DNA of 64,000 bases from Octopus sinensis (GCF_006345805.1 NC_043005.1:46748001-46812000), one strand, 5' to 3'; positions 40,511 through 53,538 are shown, numbered from the stretch's first letter. Numbers and translations are program-made. Notes: generated from the sequence alone by a model not told the origin.

Positions 40511-42194
40511 AATTGCATATCAGAATCGTGTCAGCTGGAGTTAGTCGTTAAAGTATCGGTCAGGCGAGTCAAAGGTATCGGTGTTCAATACTGGCGTTGG
40601 TCAGCAGCGATTCCCCTTCGCTTAGCTGCACACCATGTCTTTGGGAAATGTAGTTAAAATACCGTAAATACCAACAACTTGCTAATTACACAGAATACCA
40701 CAGCTCTTTCACACTAATCAGAAAGAATGATGTCATGATTGCTATAGTGAGGGCAAAACCTGCGCTACGTGAACGCTATAATTTAGTTTAGTGGAAGAGA
40801 GAGGAACAGAGAAGAGAGAGAGAGAGAGAGAGAGCGAGAGAGGAAGAAAGAGATAAACTGAGAGCGAGAGAGGAACAGAGAGAGAGACAGACAGACAGAG
40901 AGACAGAGAGCGAGAGAGGGAGAGAGAAGGGCTATGAAAGCCAGGGTTAAAAGAGAAAGTGTGTGATGGAGTGGGTACGGCATGCTTTTACCAATCTGCC
41001 TAGAAATGAACTAATTAAGAAAATTAACAACAATGCTAAAATATATCAATTTTGGAACTAACTATCCCCGTTAATGAAGAAAGCATTTCTGTACTTTGTT
41101 TGTGGCGTGTATATGTACGAATGAGTGCTTGGATGCATGCATGCATGCATGTAGGAATGCATGTATGTGTGCATGTATGTATTTATGTATGTATGTGAGT
41201 GAGTTTGTATGTATGTATTTATGTATGTATGTATGTATGGTTATATGTATATATGTGAGTGTTCTTGGTGGCGTGGAGTATAAGGTGAGATTGCCTGGAA
41301 ACTAAATACAATGCCACTCACTAATTTGGTAAACACGTTACAGAGTAATAAGCTATAAAGTAGTTTGTTAAGATTGACATTCGAAGCATTAGGAATGATA
41401 ATCTTGAAGATTAAGTAAGTCACTCTTTCCTTTCTGTGAAAGGATGTAGAAAGAAAGAATAATAGAGTCTTTTAGGACAAACAATGTTTGCGAGAATAAA
41501 TATATATTCCATAGTAAACATGTGAGCTGGCATCGAAATGGCTATAGACATACATTTACATAAATGTTATAAATGGTATGGTAGAGAAAGGCAGACATTA
41601 AAGTGCTATGGACACCGGCAGTCTGTTTAGAGGTCTTTATACAATAAGCGTCATACCATATATTTGTAACACATTTACATTTATAAATATGTAACACAAG
41701 GCTAATATAACATATAAAAGTGTGATTTGCGACAAAAATGTGCATAAATTAACAGCATGGAAAGTCATGCACGCACACAAACATACACTTAGATACTCAC
41801 GCACGTTATTATACATATATAGAGTTCGAATGAAGCTTGGGTGTGAAATATCAGTACGAAAACGAAAATTGGAACAAAGAACAAAAAACAAAAAAAACAA
41901 AAGAAAAGCTACACTTCTTGTTTCAGTTGATGGCTGTGGGTTCGCTCTCACCATGATATGTAAAATAATTATTGAAAATATTAAGCGAATATAATGATGC
42001 TAGCTATATGCTCACACACATACGCCAACATTCATATCGATATATTTCTATATGCGTACTCACACGCACAAACACACAAGTACACAAGCATACTTGCGCA
42101 CCTACCTGTAGACATACATGCATTTACACAAGCTCACACATGCACACATTAATATACATCTCTCTCTCTCTCTCTCTCTCTGTACGTATATATA

Positions 42195-42229
<35 letters not shown>

Positions 42230-42716
42230 GATATAGATATATACATATATAGTTGTATTTCAGGAAGGTCATTTTTCTTTTTTTTCTTTTGCCAAACAAA
42301 CACACGCACTATACATTTGTTCTTCACTTTGCTTATTACTGTTCTTATTCTAACTCATGTCCATTGTCCGGAAGTCTTTCGTTACACATCTGTGACCTCT
42401 TCACCGATACTGTCTGTCTCCGTGTGTATTCTTGCTCCACTTGTTATTTCATTCTGATCTTCTGTAATGTGTATCCTTATATGTGCATGCGTTTACATCC
42501 GTGTGTGAGAGTGTGTGTGTATGTGTGTGTGATTGTTCTTAGTAGCACTATGACCTTCCTCTCAGCTCCATCCTTCCCCCATTGTCGCTGCTGCTGTCCT
42601 AGGACCTGAAGTTTGGTACAGTTCCTGTATCTCTGTGTGTTTGTGTGTGTGTTCACCCACGCTGCCATCGTAGTAGTAGGTGCTTTTGTTATTGCCATCG
42701 TTGAAGTTATATATAT

Positions 42717-42748
<32 letters not shown>

Positions 42749-43629
42749 GATGGTCCGATCAATAAGTATGCAGGTTGTTGCTATAGTAACGAAGCTAAAG
42801 CACGCAGAATAAAGCTGCTTGGCACAAATTGACCCTGAACTCTGCTGTTCATGTGAAATAAGTTTTAGCGTTCTAGCTCACTTCTGCTGTTTACGGCAGT
42901 GCTTGGAAGGAAGGTGTGTAGCGTGTGATTGTCACATTGACCATGACAAAAAGTTGAGCAGAGAATCTGCATCAAATTTTGTCAAAAGCTTGGCGATACC
43001 TGCTCAAAGTTTTCAAAATGTGCTTATCTTTCTCGATGCAGTCAAGAAGATCTTGTGCAACTGAAACCTGGTTGTTTCTTAGTCAGCTGAAAGCAGTTTT
43101 GGCACAAACTTGGCAGACACGCGTCTCATACTGAAATCCTCAGTGATAATGGACTGAACTGAATCGTAATTAATCAGCACATCCTCGAATAACTTACAGA
43201 TGGTTTTGATGATACCCCGCCTTACTTCTGTACGCACATCTGCGATGTTTCTTCTCAGTTCTACTGGTTGCTGGTCATCTAGAACGTTTGTCAATATCGA
43301 CATTTTTTCAACCATCTTGGAAACGTCTGAAACACTCGTACACTTGTGTGCGGCTTATACACTCCTCTCCAAACACTTTCTGCAACTTTGCATAGGCCTC
43401 TAAGCAGGTATTGCTATGACAACTTTCTTTGTCTTGGTCAATGCGACAATCACACGCAACACACCTTCCTTCCAAGCAATGTTGTAAACAGCGGAAGTGA
43501 GCTAGAACTTTGAAACCTACTGCGAATGCACAGTAGAGTTCAAGTTCAATCTGTCCCAAGTGATTTCACTCTACATATTTTAGCTTCGTTACTATAGCAA
43601 CAGTTGGGATACCTATTAATCAGACCTCC
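42749..43629. mobile_element. Head-to-head fold-back mariner (irritans-like)
   Basis: Both ends are transposon 5' ends. Plus arm encodes EQRICIKFCQKLGDTCS. Minus arm encodes AYAKLQKVFGEECISRTQVYECFRRFQDG...RRVSAKFVPKLLSAD. Junction near 43006. Confidence 0.8.
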
Positions 43630-43904
43630 TTTATATAACATGCACACACGCGAGTGCAAGAACATAATTTGGGTATAGGGACATACTGACGAAAAAAATT
43701 GTACCATTTCATGTATGTTTGAACACATATTCGGACCAGTAAGAACTCCATTTATTGTCTTCTTAAAGGTTCAATATGTTTCAAACATATTTGAACTGGT
43801 TACAAATTTATATTTATATAAATCACTCCTCAGCGCTTCTAAACCATTATCTTTTATTATTTGCATTCTTAACAGCCATTTTTACTATAAGCACAAAGCC
43901 TGAA

Positions 43905-44075
43905 ATGTTATGGGAGGTTGCTAGTCTTTTACATCAACCCAGTACTGAACTGTTACTTATTTTATAAACCTGAAAATGTTGAAACGCAAAGCCAGCTTCG
44001 ACGGAGTTAGAGCTCAGACGAAATGCTGGTAAGTATTTTGTCTTGTGTGCTAACGATTCTGCCAGTTCACCACGT
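43905..44075 (-). mobile_element. SINE family C, diverged
   Basis: gctaacgattctgccagttcacc head; acccagtactgaactgttacttatttt core. Confidence 0.65.
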
Positions 44076-44988
44076 TATCCTTAAGAATCATTAAAAAGTT
44101 CCTAGTCATTTCTCATCCATGTTCCAGTGTCACAGGTACTCGCTTTTATTCTGTCGGATGCCGTTTTGTTTTGGTGTCTGTTATCTTAGCTGCAACATGA
44201 GACAAATCTTGTGGGAGAAGGTGGAGGATGAAAACTATTTGGCATTTAAAGGGCGTAATTTAAAAGTCTACCCTTGTCATACTCAATGTCACCATAATTC
44301 CTCTTGAATATTATGGTAAGAGTATGCTTAGCCATTCACACAATTATTATAATAGTAAACCATTCCGTTGATTGAAAGATTGGAACACTCGTGATCGAAT
44401 CCAGTGCAGTTCTTTAAGATAGAATGTTCTTCCTTATATGAAGCGTAACACTAAATGAGACAAATTCATTCAGCAACAAAGATCCCCACAGGCCACGTGA
44501 CTCGTATGTACTAAGACCAGTAAACTGCAACAGCGATTTTTAGAATTCAAGCAAAACAATCGGGTGTAAGATCACCTAAAAAATGTACAATAAAATCAAG
44601 TCTAGCTGGAAGTGGGCCTTACTCCAAGAATATGAATTTAAGACACCGGTTATAGATACTACATGGGCTTCAGAACAATAAACAGATTTGAAGCCCGGTA
44701 GTGCTTACAGTACTTCAAAGCAAGCTATGAGATGCATATAAGACTTCTGCTGCTGCCCTAAAGAGTGGTGTCGAATCACCAAGTTGCGGCCATCACTGTA
44801 CGTGGCTTTGGCCTAAAAGGTCATATGTGTCTTTTGACGTTCACAGCACGGCATATAGTTATCCTCAGATTTCAAGAGACTACCATCGTATCTCTACGTG
44901 TATTTACCGTTGACGTCAAAATCACTGGAGCGTCGAACAAAACTTCCTTATGGTATATATTTAGGACCTCTTCGAAGACCTATGCGTA

Positions 44989-45541
44989 TCAGGTGCTATC
45001 AAACAGTTTTGAAATTTTTTAGGAAAGTGAGTTATAACTGTCCTAGATGATTGTAAATTTAGTACATCATTACCATACATCTGATAAGCTGACCAGTTTA
45101 TTGTTTTTAAATTCCAGATTGAAATAAACAATTGTAAAACCACTTTGAACGCATCCTACTAAACACTGTTTGTCATAGCTGAGAAGGTTGCAAAATACAG
45201 TCGAGACGTCTGGAAGCTCCCTTTGCAATAAAGTTTCGTGTTAAACTTGAAAAAAAAATTGACCTTCAGCATCCCTACAGTTCAGCCCTTGCTATCAGTG
45301 ACTTTTGATTGTTTCCACAAATTGAAGAAGAATCTCAGGGACAGTTATTTTGAAGAGCAAGAAAGTGGACGTGACAAGGGTCCTGGACACCCTGACACCT
45401 TCATTCTAGTGTATATGGGGCCTTCACGAAGTGGTTGGAGCGTCATAGCAAGTGCAATGAACGAGATTAGAAGTTTACATTTCTGCGAAATTAATTAATG
45501 TCTCGCCTGAAAATGTCTGAAAACTTCTGAAATGCACCTTA
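44989..45541 (+). mobile_element. Non-autonomous mariner derivative
   Basis: TA-flanked imperfect TIRs tcaggtgctatcaaacagtttt / aaaacttctgaaatgcacctta; remnant HPYSSALAISDF*LFP...FTKWLERHSKC. Confidence 0.7.
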
Positions 45542-48500
45542 TATATGTTCTTTATGCAGAAGGCACACTTGGTAATTTTTTCTGACATTATTTATTAAAA
45601 TTTGCAGTAATAAATACCATTTGCGTACACTCCATTCTACAATTCATTTTTTTCCTTTGCCCTCCACCTACTCTGTTTTTACTTTCCCATTTATCTCATT
45701 ATCTCATTATCGTTTATTCTTACCTGTTATATTCCTTCTTCTGTGATTACCCCTTACAAATTCTTTCCTCTCTAAGTCATTCATCGAACACCTATGAATC
45801 TGACTGCCCTTCTTTCTCAACCTCCCCTCTTAGCTCTTCACCTCATCTTTTTTCTCTCTCCTTTTTCTTCTTTCCCTTTTTCCCTTCAGCTAATCACGTG
45901 AAAGCGTTACTATTACATTCCCCACTGCCTTTGTCATGGACGCTTCTCTCTCCCTCGTTTTCTCTCGCTCCTTTTCTCCCTCCCTCTTTTTTTCCCCCTC
46001 TTTTCCTCTAATCACGCTTTCACGTGATTAGAGGAAAGCAGCGCAATGACTTGCAGAATTATTATAAGGTCTACATTCTCATTGTTTTTCTACTTTGTTA
46101 ATTTTCCTCTTTGCTATTTCCTTCCTTTTGCATTTCTGCCCTCTTAAACGAGTATACACACGCGCGCGCGCACACACTGCCATCTACGTATCATACTTAA
46201 TGTATGCATACTCACTATCGGGGCACCAGCTTCTGCGGTATTTTGTTCTAAAATATCATCTCTACGTCAGAAACACAATAAATTTCCGAAATAGTCGAAA
46301 ATTTGCACCAGCAATGGCCAAAGAAATCGTCAGATGCACTTCAGCCTTCTTAGGCGTTTTCGAAGAGGTGTATACGCAGTCAACCACATGCTCAGACGAG
46401 AATACGCCACTTCTAAAATAGGTAAAAGTAAATAAAACATTTACTATGTTGCAAATAACCACCAAGCTGAATAAAATTCCTGGGCAAAATATTGAAGCAG
46501 TAGTGAATTAAAAGAGCCATCTACGTATCACACTTAATGTATATACATACACGATATGTATATACATATTTGAACGTATCCACAAATCGTTTTTACCTGA
46601 CCATTTGACCTCGGATGGTAGGGAGGAATGAAAATATGCCTTATCGCATGCATTCTATCGAAGTTCTTGAATTCATACCCTGAGAATTGTGCGCTATTAT
46701 CAGAAACTAACGTGTCTGGAACACCGTATCGCACAAACAATTCATATAGGAACTTTATAATTGTCTTAGCGGTTGGTTTAAGGCATCTGCATACCTCTGG
46801 CCAATTTGTATAGCTGCCTACCACGATTAGATAGTAATCACCGTTCACCGGTCCGGCATAGTCGACATGTAACCTAGACCATGCGTTCTCAGTCTCCGGC
46901 CACGATTCCTATTTTGCCGGCAGGGCTTTGGCCACGAGCGCGCACCCTCGAGAAGTTCTCACCAAATTTTCGATATCCCGGTCCATAGCCGGCTAATAGA
47001 ATTAGCTCCCCATGAGAGCTTTTATCTTCGACATTCCTGGTTGTCCGCTGTAGAATTGCTGCAATACACGTTTTTGTAATGTAGTCGGTACCACAACTCT
47101 TTGCGCATACATCAAGATATCGGCGCATACTGAGAAACTACTCGAATTTTTATTTTCAGTCTGCTTATTTTTTAAAGCTTCTGTCATTTTTGTAATATAC
47201 TCATTGCCTACAGATTTCATTCTTACACCCTGTGTAGTCACTGGCAGTTCCTGGATAACATTAGTCATAATACTTTTTATATCAATTTCTGCCTGTAATG
47301 CGGCTATCCCGGTATCCTCTAGTGGTTGCATAGTTTTGGGAATTAGTCTCTATAGAGAGACCGCAAGACCAAATTTTTTTTCGACAGAATATACTGTATT
47401 TTGAAATTGACCCATAAACTGACAGCAATGGTTGATGATCTGTTTATAACAGAAAACTTCTCCGATGCAGAAACCTGTGAAAATCTTTTCACCGCAAAGA
47501 TAATCGATAGGGCCTCGTTTTCTATCTGACTGTATTTTTTCTCTACCGCTATCAGCAAGCGAAAACATAAATCACTGGTTTCGTACTTCCATCTTTATAC
47601 TTGTGTACTAAACTGCTGCTATTCTGTACTCCGAAGCCTTAGACACTACAACAATGTCCATTGCAGGATCGGAATGCGCTAGAGATAAATCTGCGATCAG
47701 AATATTTTTTTTATTTCTTCAAACGTGTTTGCCATTTAACCGACCAATTCCACTTTACTTCACTTTATAATGTCTTTCAATGGAGCTCTTAATTTGTGCA
47801 TATTAGGAAAGTAGTTTTGGTAGTAGATTTCCAGCGCTAGAGACGCTTGTAATGTTGGTATATTTGTCTGAACTGGCATATTCTTTATTGCGTCTGCACT
47901 GGACGGGTCAAGCCGTCTACCATTTTCATAAATTATTTGCCCTAACTACTTAATTTGAGGCAAAAGAATTCGCATTTCCTTCATTCAAAGTGAACCCGTG
48001 CTCTACAATTTTCTTGAACACAGCTTTTATATGCTTCACATGCTTTTCGCGCGAATTACTCTTAACATATCGTGCAAATAAGGGATTGCAAATTCACAAT
48101 CAGATAACATAACGTAATTGATTTGCTGAAATATTGCCGGTGCAACCTTTAGTCCAAAAGGTATCCGGGTATATCTGTACAAGCCTCTATGTGTATTTAT
48201 TGTCAGATACTTTGAGAATTTGTCATTTACTTTAATCTGTAAATAGGAGTCAGGCAGATCCAATTTTCAGAAGATTTTTTCCACCAGTTAATTTAGCAAA
48301 AATGTTCTCCGAAGAACGGAAGTAGATGGTGACATGTCTTTAAGCAGTTTTTCAATCCTGTAGAGAAATCGGCACAGAGCCTAATCTTATTTCTCTTTTT
48401 AATGCACACCGTTTTTGATGATTCCACTCTATTCCAGTCTGTCCAAATCTTCATTTACGATTTAAATTGCCGCGAACGGTACTTTTCTGCTAGATTTAAA

Positions 48501-49844
48501 TACAGGCACAGCGTTTTCACTTAGTTGAAAGCAGGTTTCAGTCTTTTTACAAAGACCTAAATCCTTTGATAGTATTTGCGGGAATATCTTTTTTCAATTT
48601 TCTTTTGAAATCCTCAGACGATTTATTTTTAACGGGACAACCATTTATGTATTTGCAGTAGAGACTTATGGGGAGGTCCCGTAAGTGAAATAACTCCAAC
48701 CAATCTGTACCAATCTTAATTTTCGTAATTTTCGCTGTTTTACATAACCGCGGTTTCCCGATTTTTCTCCATGTATCTGCATTCATGATTGAAATATCAC
48801 TACCCGTATCCAACTGTAGCTTATATTTACATCATTTTTACGTGTACGAATTTTCATGTTTTTGTGTTGCATTCATTTTCTACTGAAAACACCATAGAAC
48901 TTTTTGCGTTCGACCCTCCAAATTTTATCCTGCTGTGTGAGTTCTTGTGACCAAGTCTCAAACAATTATAGCATTTTCGATTTTTAAACGGAGATTCTTT
49001 TCTGAAGTGTCGACCTCCACATCCATAACATTGATTGGGGCATGGCACTCTGTTTTTGTTGAACTTTCTGGGTCGACACATCTGTACTTTTGCGGATCTT
49101 TCTCTTGAATTTTTTTCACGTCGTGCGTCAGGTTTGCCATTGATTGACATTCTTCTGCAATGGTCTGTTGGGTTAAGTCGTGGTTCGCTCACTCCATTTT
49201 TGAGAGAATCCTTGCCCGAATTTCTTTATCTTCGCTTGCCGTAAGTCCTTGCACAAAGATAAGCGATTTGAACATATCCTGAGTGAGTTCCTGAAGTTTG
49301 AAGTTTTCACACATAAGGTTGACGACTCTTGCATATGTAATAAAGTCATCATCGTCATTTTTTGTTAAGTTCCAACATTCCATTCGAGAGTTTTGTCACA
49401 AAAGATCTTTGAGAGTAATTCAATAGTTTCTTGGGAACAAATTTCACTCGTCTTTTGGGGCAATATAAAGTTACAGTAGCGTTCATGCTCAGCCGGGACT
49501 ACGTTGCATAGTAATAGTCTCACCTTCTCCTCATCGGACTATGACATGCAATCTTTGTTAAAAATTTTCTCGTACGTTCTTATAGTACGCAGGAAGCGTA
49601 ATAATTTCCTCCGGATTATAAATGAATTCAGAAATCTCGTTCGCTACGCCCTCTGGTGTAAACGAACTTCGCGAATTTTCCGTCTTCCTTGACTGTAACT
49701 CAAGCAACTCTTGTTGTTGTAATATTTGTTTCTGCAACTCCTGTAGTTTTTCCTGCTGTTTCTCTTGAAGCTGTATTACTGCAGCTAATAAGTTCTCCAT
49801 AATTTAACAAGAAATTGTCGAAAATCCTACGAGGGCTTCGAAAA

Positions 49845-49857
49845 ATCCTCGTCGCCA
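49845..49857 (-). promoter_or_regulatory. Primer-binding site complementary to the 3' end of tRNA-Ser(GCU)
   Basis: Minus strand TGGCGACGAGGAT; animal tRNA-Ser(GCU) ends ...ATCCTCGTCGCCA. Confidence 0.8.
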
Positions 49858-49859
49858 TA

Positions 49860-50139
49860 TGTTATGTAGCTACGCCTCCAATATCATAGTACGGTTGAAA
49901 TTGTCGACGATAGATAAAGAATTCACTGTAACAGTATTATGACAATACAAAATAGAAACAGCAGCAGTAACAAACACGCAACGAACCAACAATCAATATT
50001 TCCAATACACTAACTCGAGCTGTATACTGTACCTGGACTTCGAAGACCAAACTTCGAACCACCGAATACGTCAGATCGCTACTATATATATGTAACTATT
50101 CTCATCAGAGCATGGCGTACTCTCGCCTCAATACGTACA
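49860..50139 (-). repeat. Putative 5' LTR
   Basis: Ends ...CATAACA 2 nt before the PBS. The distal TG boundary is inferred because no second LTR is present. Confidence 0.6.
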
Positions 50140-50149
50140 TATATATCTA

Positions 50150-50221
<72 letters not shown>

Positions 50222-50226
50222 AATCA

Positions 50227-50276
<50 letters not shown>

Positions 50277-50293
50277 TCTTCCTATTTCTCTCA

Positions 50294-50360
<67 letters not shown>

Positions 50361-50519
50361 CTGTCATGGCATTATCGAAAGGAACGGGCCTTGTGTCTAG
50401 ACGCAAGAAGGCAGTCGTGGACGATGTGTTTCTCCATCAGCCTGTGTCATAAACAAAACGATTCTCCTATCTTATCTCCAGTAACCAAAGGACTATATGT
50501 AAAAATAAAAAAATGGACT

Positions 50520-51170
50520 ATATTATTTACTATTTGTTATTTAATTGAACGCCACTCATCCATTTCCAAGTAAGTTTATCTTCACCTTTTAGATGAAACT
50601 CTACTCCATAGTGTTTTCTTCCTCCATCATTCTCTAATTCCCTATTTCTCCCCTCGCTCTTTCACCGTTTTCTATCTATAAGTCTCCCTCTCCTCTTTCT
50701 CTTTTTCTCTCTCGTTTCTCACACGCGACCATCGTCCATCTTTTCTTTCCTCAGTTGACCATCTTTCTTTTCCTGGACGGACGTTCAAAGAACGACGTTT
50801 CTTTTTCTCGCTTCTATTTTTTCTCTTCCCAAAGAAGATATTTCTCCCAGCGTTCACTATTTTTCTCTCGTCCTTGAAACGACCCTTCATGTCTTTTTCT
50901 TTCGCTTTCTTTATATGTCTCCACTGTCCTACTTTTGATCCCAACTTTAACCCTCCATAAATTCTGAATTTATTTTAGAATTTATGTGAGCAACTATCTT
51001 TGAAGACTCATATTGTCGTTGAATGCTCGAAATGAGGAGTAGATAGACAGCCGACAACTGATGAAAGATCGTTTCTCTGTGATTACTTGTTCTGTTTTCC
51101 ATTTATTTCTCTCGCTGCTTACGTATTTAACTCGTTTGTCTACGTATTTCATGTTATTCGTATTTCATGT
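50520..51170 (+). mobile_element. PLE-like repeat remnant (same family as the 35901 and 53437 elements)
   Basis: ttaattgaacgccactcatccatttccaagtaagttt at ~50540 and gaatgctcgaaa...cagccgacaactgatgaaag at ~51021. Confidence 0.55.
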
Positions 51171-52104
51171 TATATATATATATATGTGTGTGTATATATA
51201 TATGTATATATACTAGTACAAATAATAGTAGTACAAAATTAGTCATTACTATAAACAAAATAACACAAAAATTAGTTATATATTGCAATAAAATCTACCT
51301 ATAACAACAAATTAACAGTAAAACTTGCTTGAGTTATTTTATAAGTTACTGCCAAGTCTTCACATTTTAGTCATGACGCAATACCTATTTTTTACATAAT
51401 GAATTTGCCTACCATATGCCGTATTCTACTTTGCATAAAGATTTAGCTATATCGTTACTTCTGGCTTTCATTTTTAAGTTGTGTTGTGTATCAATATTTT
51501 AACAAAATGATGGTTCCTGTTTTTAATTATAATGTTTCTTTGTAAATTAAAATCAATTGATTTTTATGTTCACATTTTATCCTTAGCTGCAGTATTTTAA
51601 GTCAAAATTTTCTACCTCTGTTCTTTACTAGATGTAATAAACTGTCCTGATCTTTCCCAGTGTAATAACTTGTCCTGTAATTTTACAAGTTTATAATCTT
51701 AAGAATATTATCTCTCTTGCTCCATTTTTCTATGTAATCCATGTTTTTCTCCAGGCTATGCTATTATGCTAATTAATAACGTGTCAAACGTGCGAATTAG
51801 TGGTGTCGTTGATAATTTTTTTCCTTACCTCAATGACGCCGGTGACGTGTTAAAAGTCCCCTTATACAACTGTATTCATAAGAAAGTATAGAACTATATT
51901 ATCATCCTCAAATTTGAGAAACAAACACTCAGAAGTTTCCTTTTAAAACTTCACTCCAGATTGGCAAGACCAGTAGAGCATGGTTTCTGGGTCTTTACCC
52001 TTCATCGGTATTGGACACCTGCATGCTAGGAGATGGCAGTCACTCTCCGCTACTCACAACATAAAACCAGAAAAGCGGCAGACAGCCGTTGGTCTCGTAA
52101 GTAG

Positions 52105-53003
52105 GAGAATAGCTAGTTCTAAAATCTCTAAACGGGATATAAGTAGTAACAATACTAGACGCTAACGTCTTTTTGAAGCAGTTGTTCTTATTAATAACTG
52201 CATTGTTTCTTTTGACTTCATCTGACTTCAAAGAATACTTAGTAGCGGCCTCTCTTGAAAATCGACAAAATTTGGCGTCGTGGTGTTATCACGTACCTGC
52301 AGAAAAAGGGTTTAGCCTACAAGGACATTCATACAGCTTTATCAGTAGTAGAGAGGTGAGGAGCTAAATTCAGGAGGCGAAGGGAGATTGTTCAATATGA
52401 CCCAAGGTCTGGCTGATCGGCAATCGGAAAACGTTAATCGTGTTCACAACATAGTAATGGATGATAGACAACTGGCTATATACATATCAAATAGCCAATG
52501 ATATTAGCATACCCTGCGAAAGTGTTGAGAATACTCTGCACAATAAACTTGGCATAACGAAAGTTTCTGCTCGGTGTGTACCACGTGTCACCTGATCAAA
52601 AGCACACCAGGCTGATTACATTATGGCAAAATCTGACATTGTCTGAACCAGATCCAGCTGGTTTCTTCGAACGTTTGTTTACCTAGGATGAATGTTGACT
52701 GCATCATTTTGTAGCAAAGAAAATACGTGCTGAGGAAACACAACGCTTCACCTGCTTCGAAGAAGGCCATGATTGTTTCATTTGTAAGGAAGGTAATGGC
52801 CACAGATTTTTGGGATTCAAAAGACATCGTGTTTATTGACTATCTTCAGAGGGCCACACAAAACAATGGAGCGTACCCTACTAACTTGCTGAGGTAGTTA
52901 CGAAAGGCTGTTAAGACCAAAACACCCAGGACACTGACGAAAGGGGTTTTGTTTGATTAGGATAATGCTCCAGTGCACAAGCTCTTGCTTTCAATGGCTG
53001 CTA
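52105..53003 (+). pseudogene. Decayed irritans-like mariner, 3'-truncated at a (TA)n tract
   Basis: KIWRRGVITYLQKKG, KVSARCVP, T*DE, KVMA..FWDSK.IVFIDYLQ, GVLF..DNAPVHK. The 5' boundary is approximate. Confidence 0.8.
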
Positions 53004-53034
53004 CCCTATGCATTTGTATATATTTATATATATA

Positions 53035-53065
<31 letters not shown>

Positions 53066-53074
<9 letters not shown>

Positions 53075-53280
53075 AAGTTAATCCAAACATGAAAACACAA
53101 AGAGAAAACACAACAACGCGAGGACGTGGAACAAATATAGTATTATTGGACGCCCAGAAGGAAGGGAAGAAGGAGAGTTTTACGTTTCGAACGGAGCTCT
53201 TCGTCAGAAACATAGGAAAAGGAAAGATCCAGAGAAGGAAGACGGAGAAAAAAAATCGCCAACGGTACACACGCGATCAC
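53066..53280 (-). mobile_element. Solo PLE-terminal-repeat-like unit carrying a hammerhead
   Basis: About 215 bp of non-simple sequence between (TA)n and (CA)n tracts, containing the ribozyme at 53177-53211. Confidence 0.6.
53177..53211 (-). ncRNA. Minimal type-I hammerhead ribozyme
   Basis: GUUU-CUGACGA-A-GAGC(UCC)GUUC-GAAA-CG-UA^AAAC. Core intact, stem I 4 bp, stem II 4 bp, palindromic ACGU in place of stem III. Confidence 0.85.
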
Positions 53281-53385
53281 ACACACACACACACGGGTTC
53301 ACACACACACACACACACATACACACACACACAAACACACAATACACACACCATATAGATATATATATATATCTTATATATATAT

Positions 53386-53423
<38 letters not shown>

Positions 53424-53436
53424 GGATAGATAGATA

Positions 53437-53485
53437 AAACTTACATGGAAGAGAATGCGTAACGTTCAGTCATATAATAATATAA

Positions 53486-53538
<53 letters not shown>

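Larger units (their letters stand above)
46565..50139 (-). mobile_element. Decayed Ty3/Gypsy LTR retrotransposon, 3'-truncated within integrase
   Basis: In order: gag (ISEFIYNPEE; knuckles CYGCGGRH, CYNCLRLGH), protease (LDTGS), RT (IPFG...YLHD), RNase H (YSQIENEALSIIFAVK), integrase (GVPDTLVSDN...PPYHPRSNGQ). Many stops and frameshifts. Confidence 0.93.

Noticed and set aside
44150-44700. Possible maT/Tc1-like relic (NVLPYMKR...FIQQQ)
   Set aside because: Only one weak motif and no TIRs found.
46179-46542. 27-bp direct repeats (gccatctacgtatca.acttaatgtat) as the Gypsy 3' LTR
   Set aside because: No similarity to the LTR at 49860-50139; origin unresolved.
51050-51080. CUGAUGA in the fold-back family (also ~36032 and ~53728) as a full hammerhead
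   Set aside because: No GAAA follows stem II and no stem I closes at a cleavage site; kept only as a possible partial motif.
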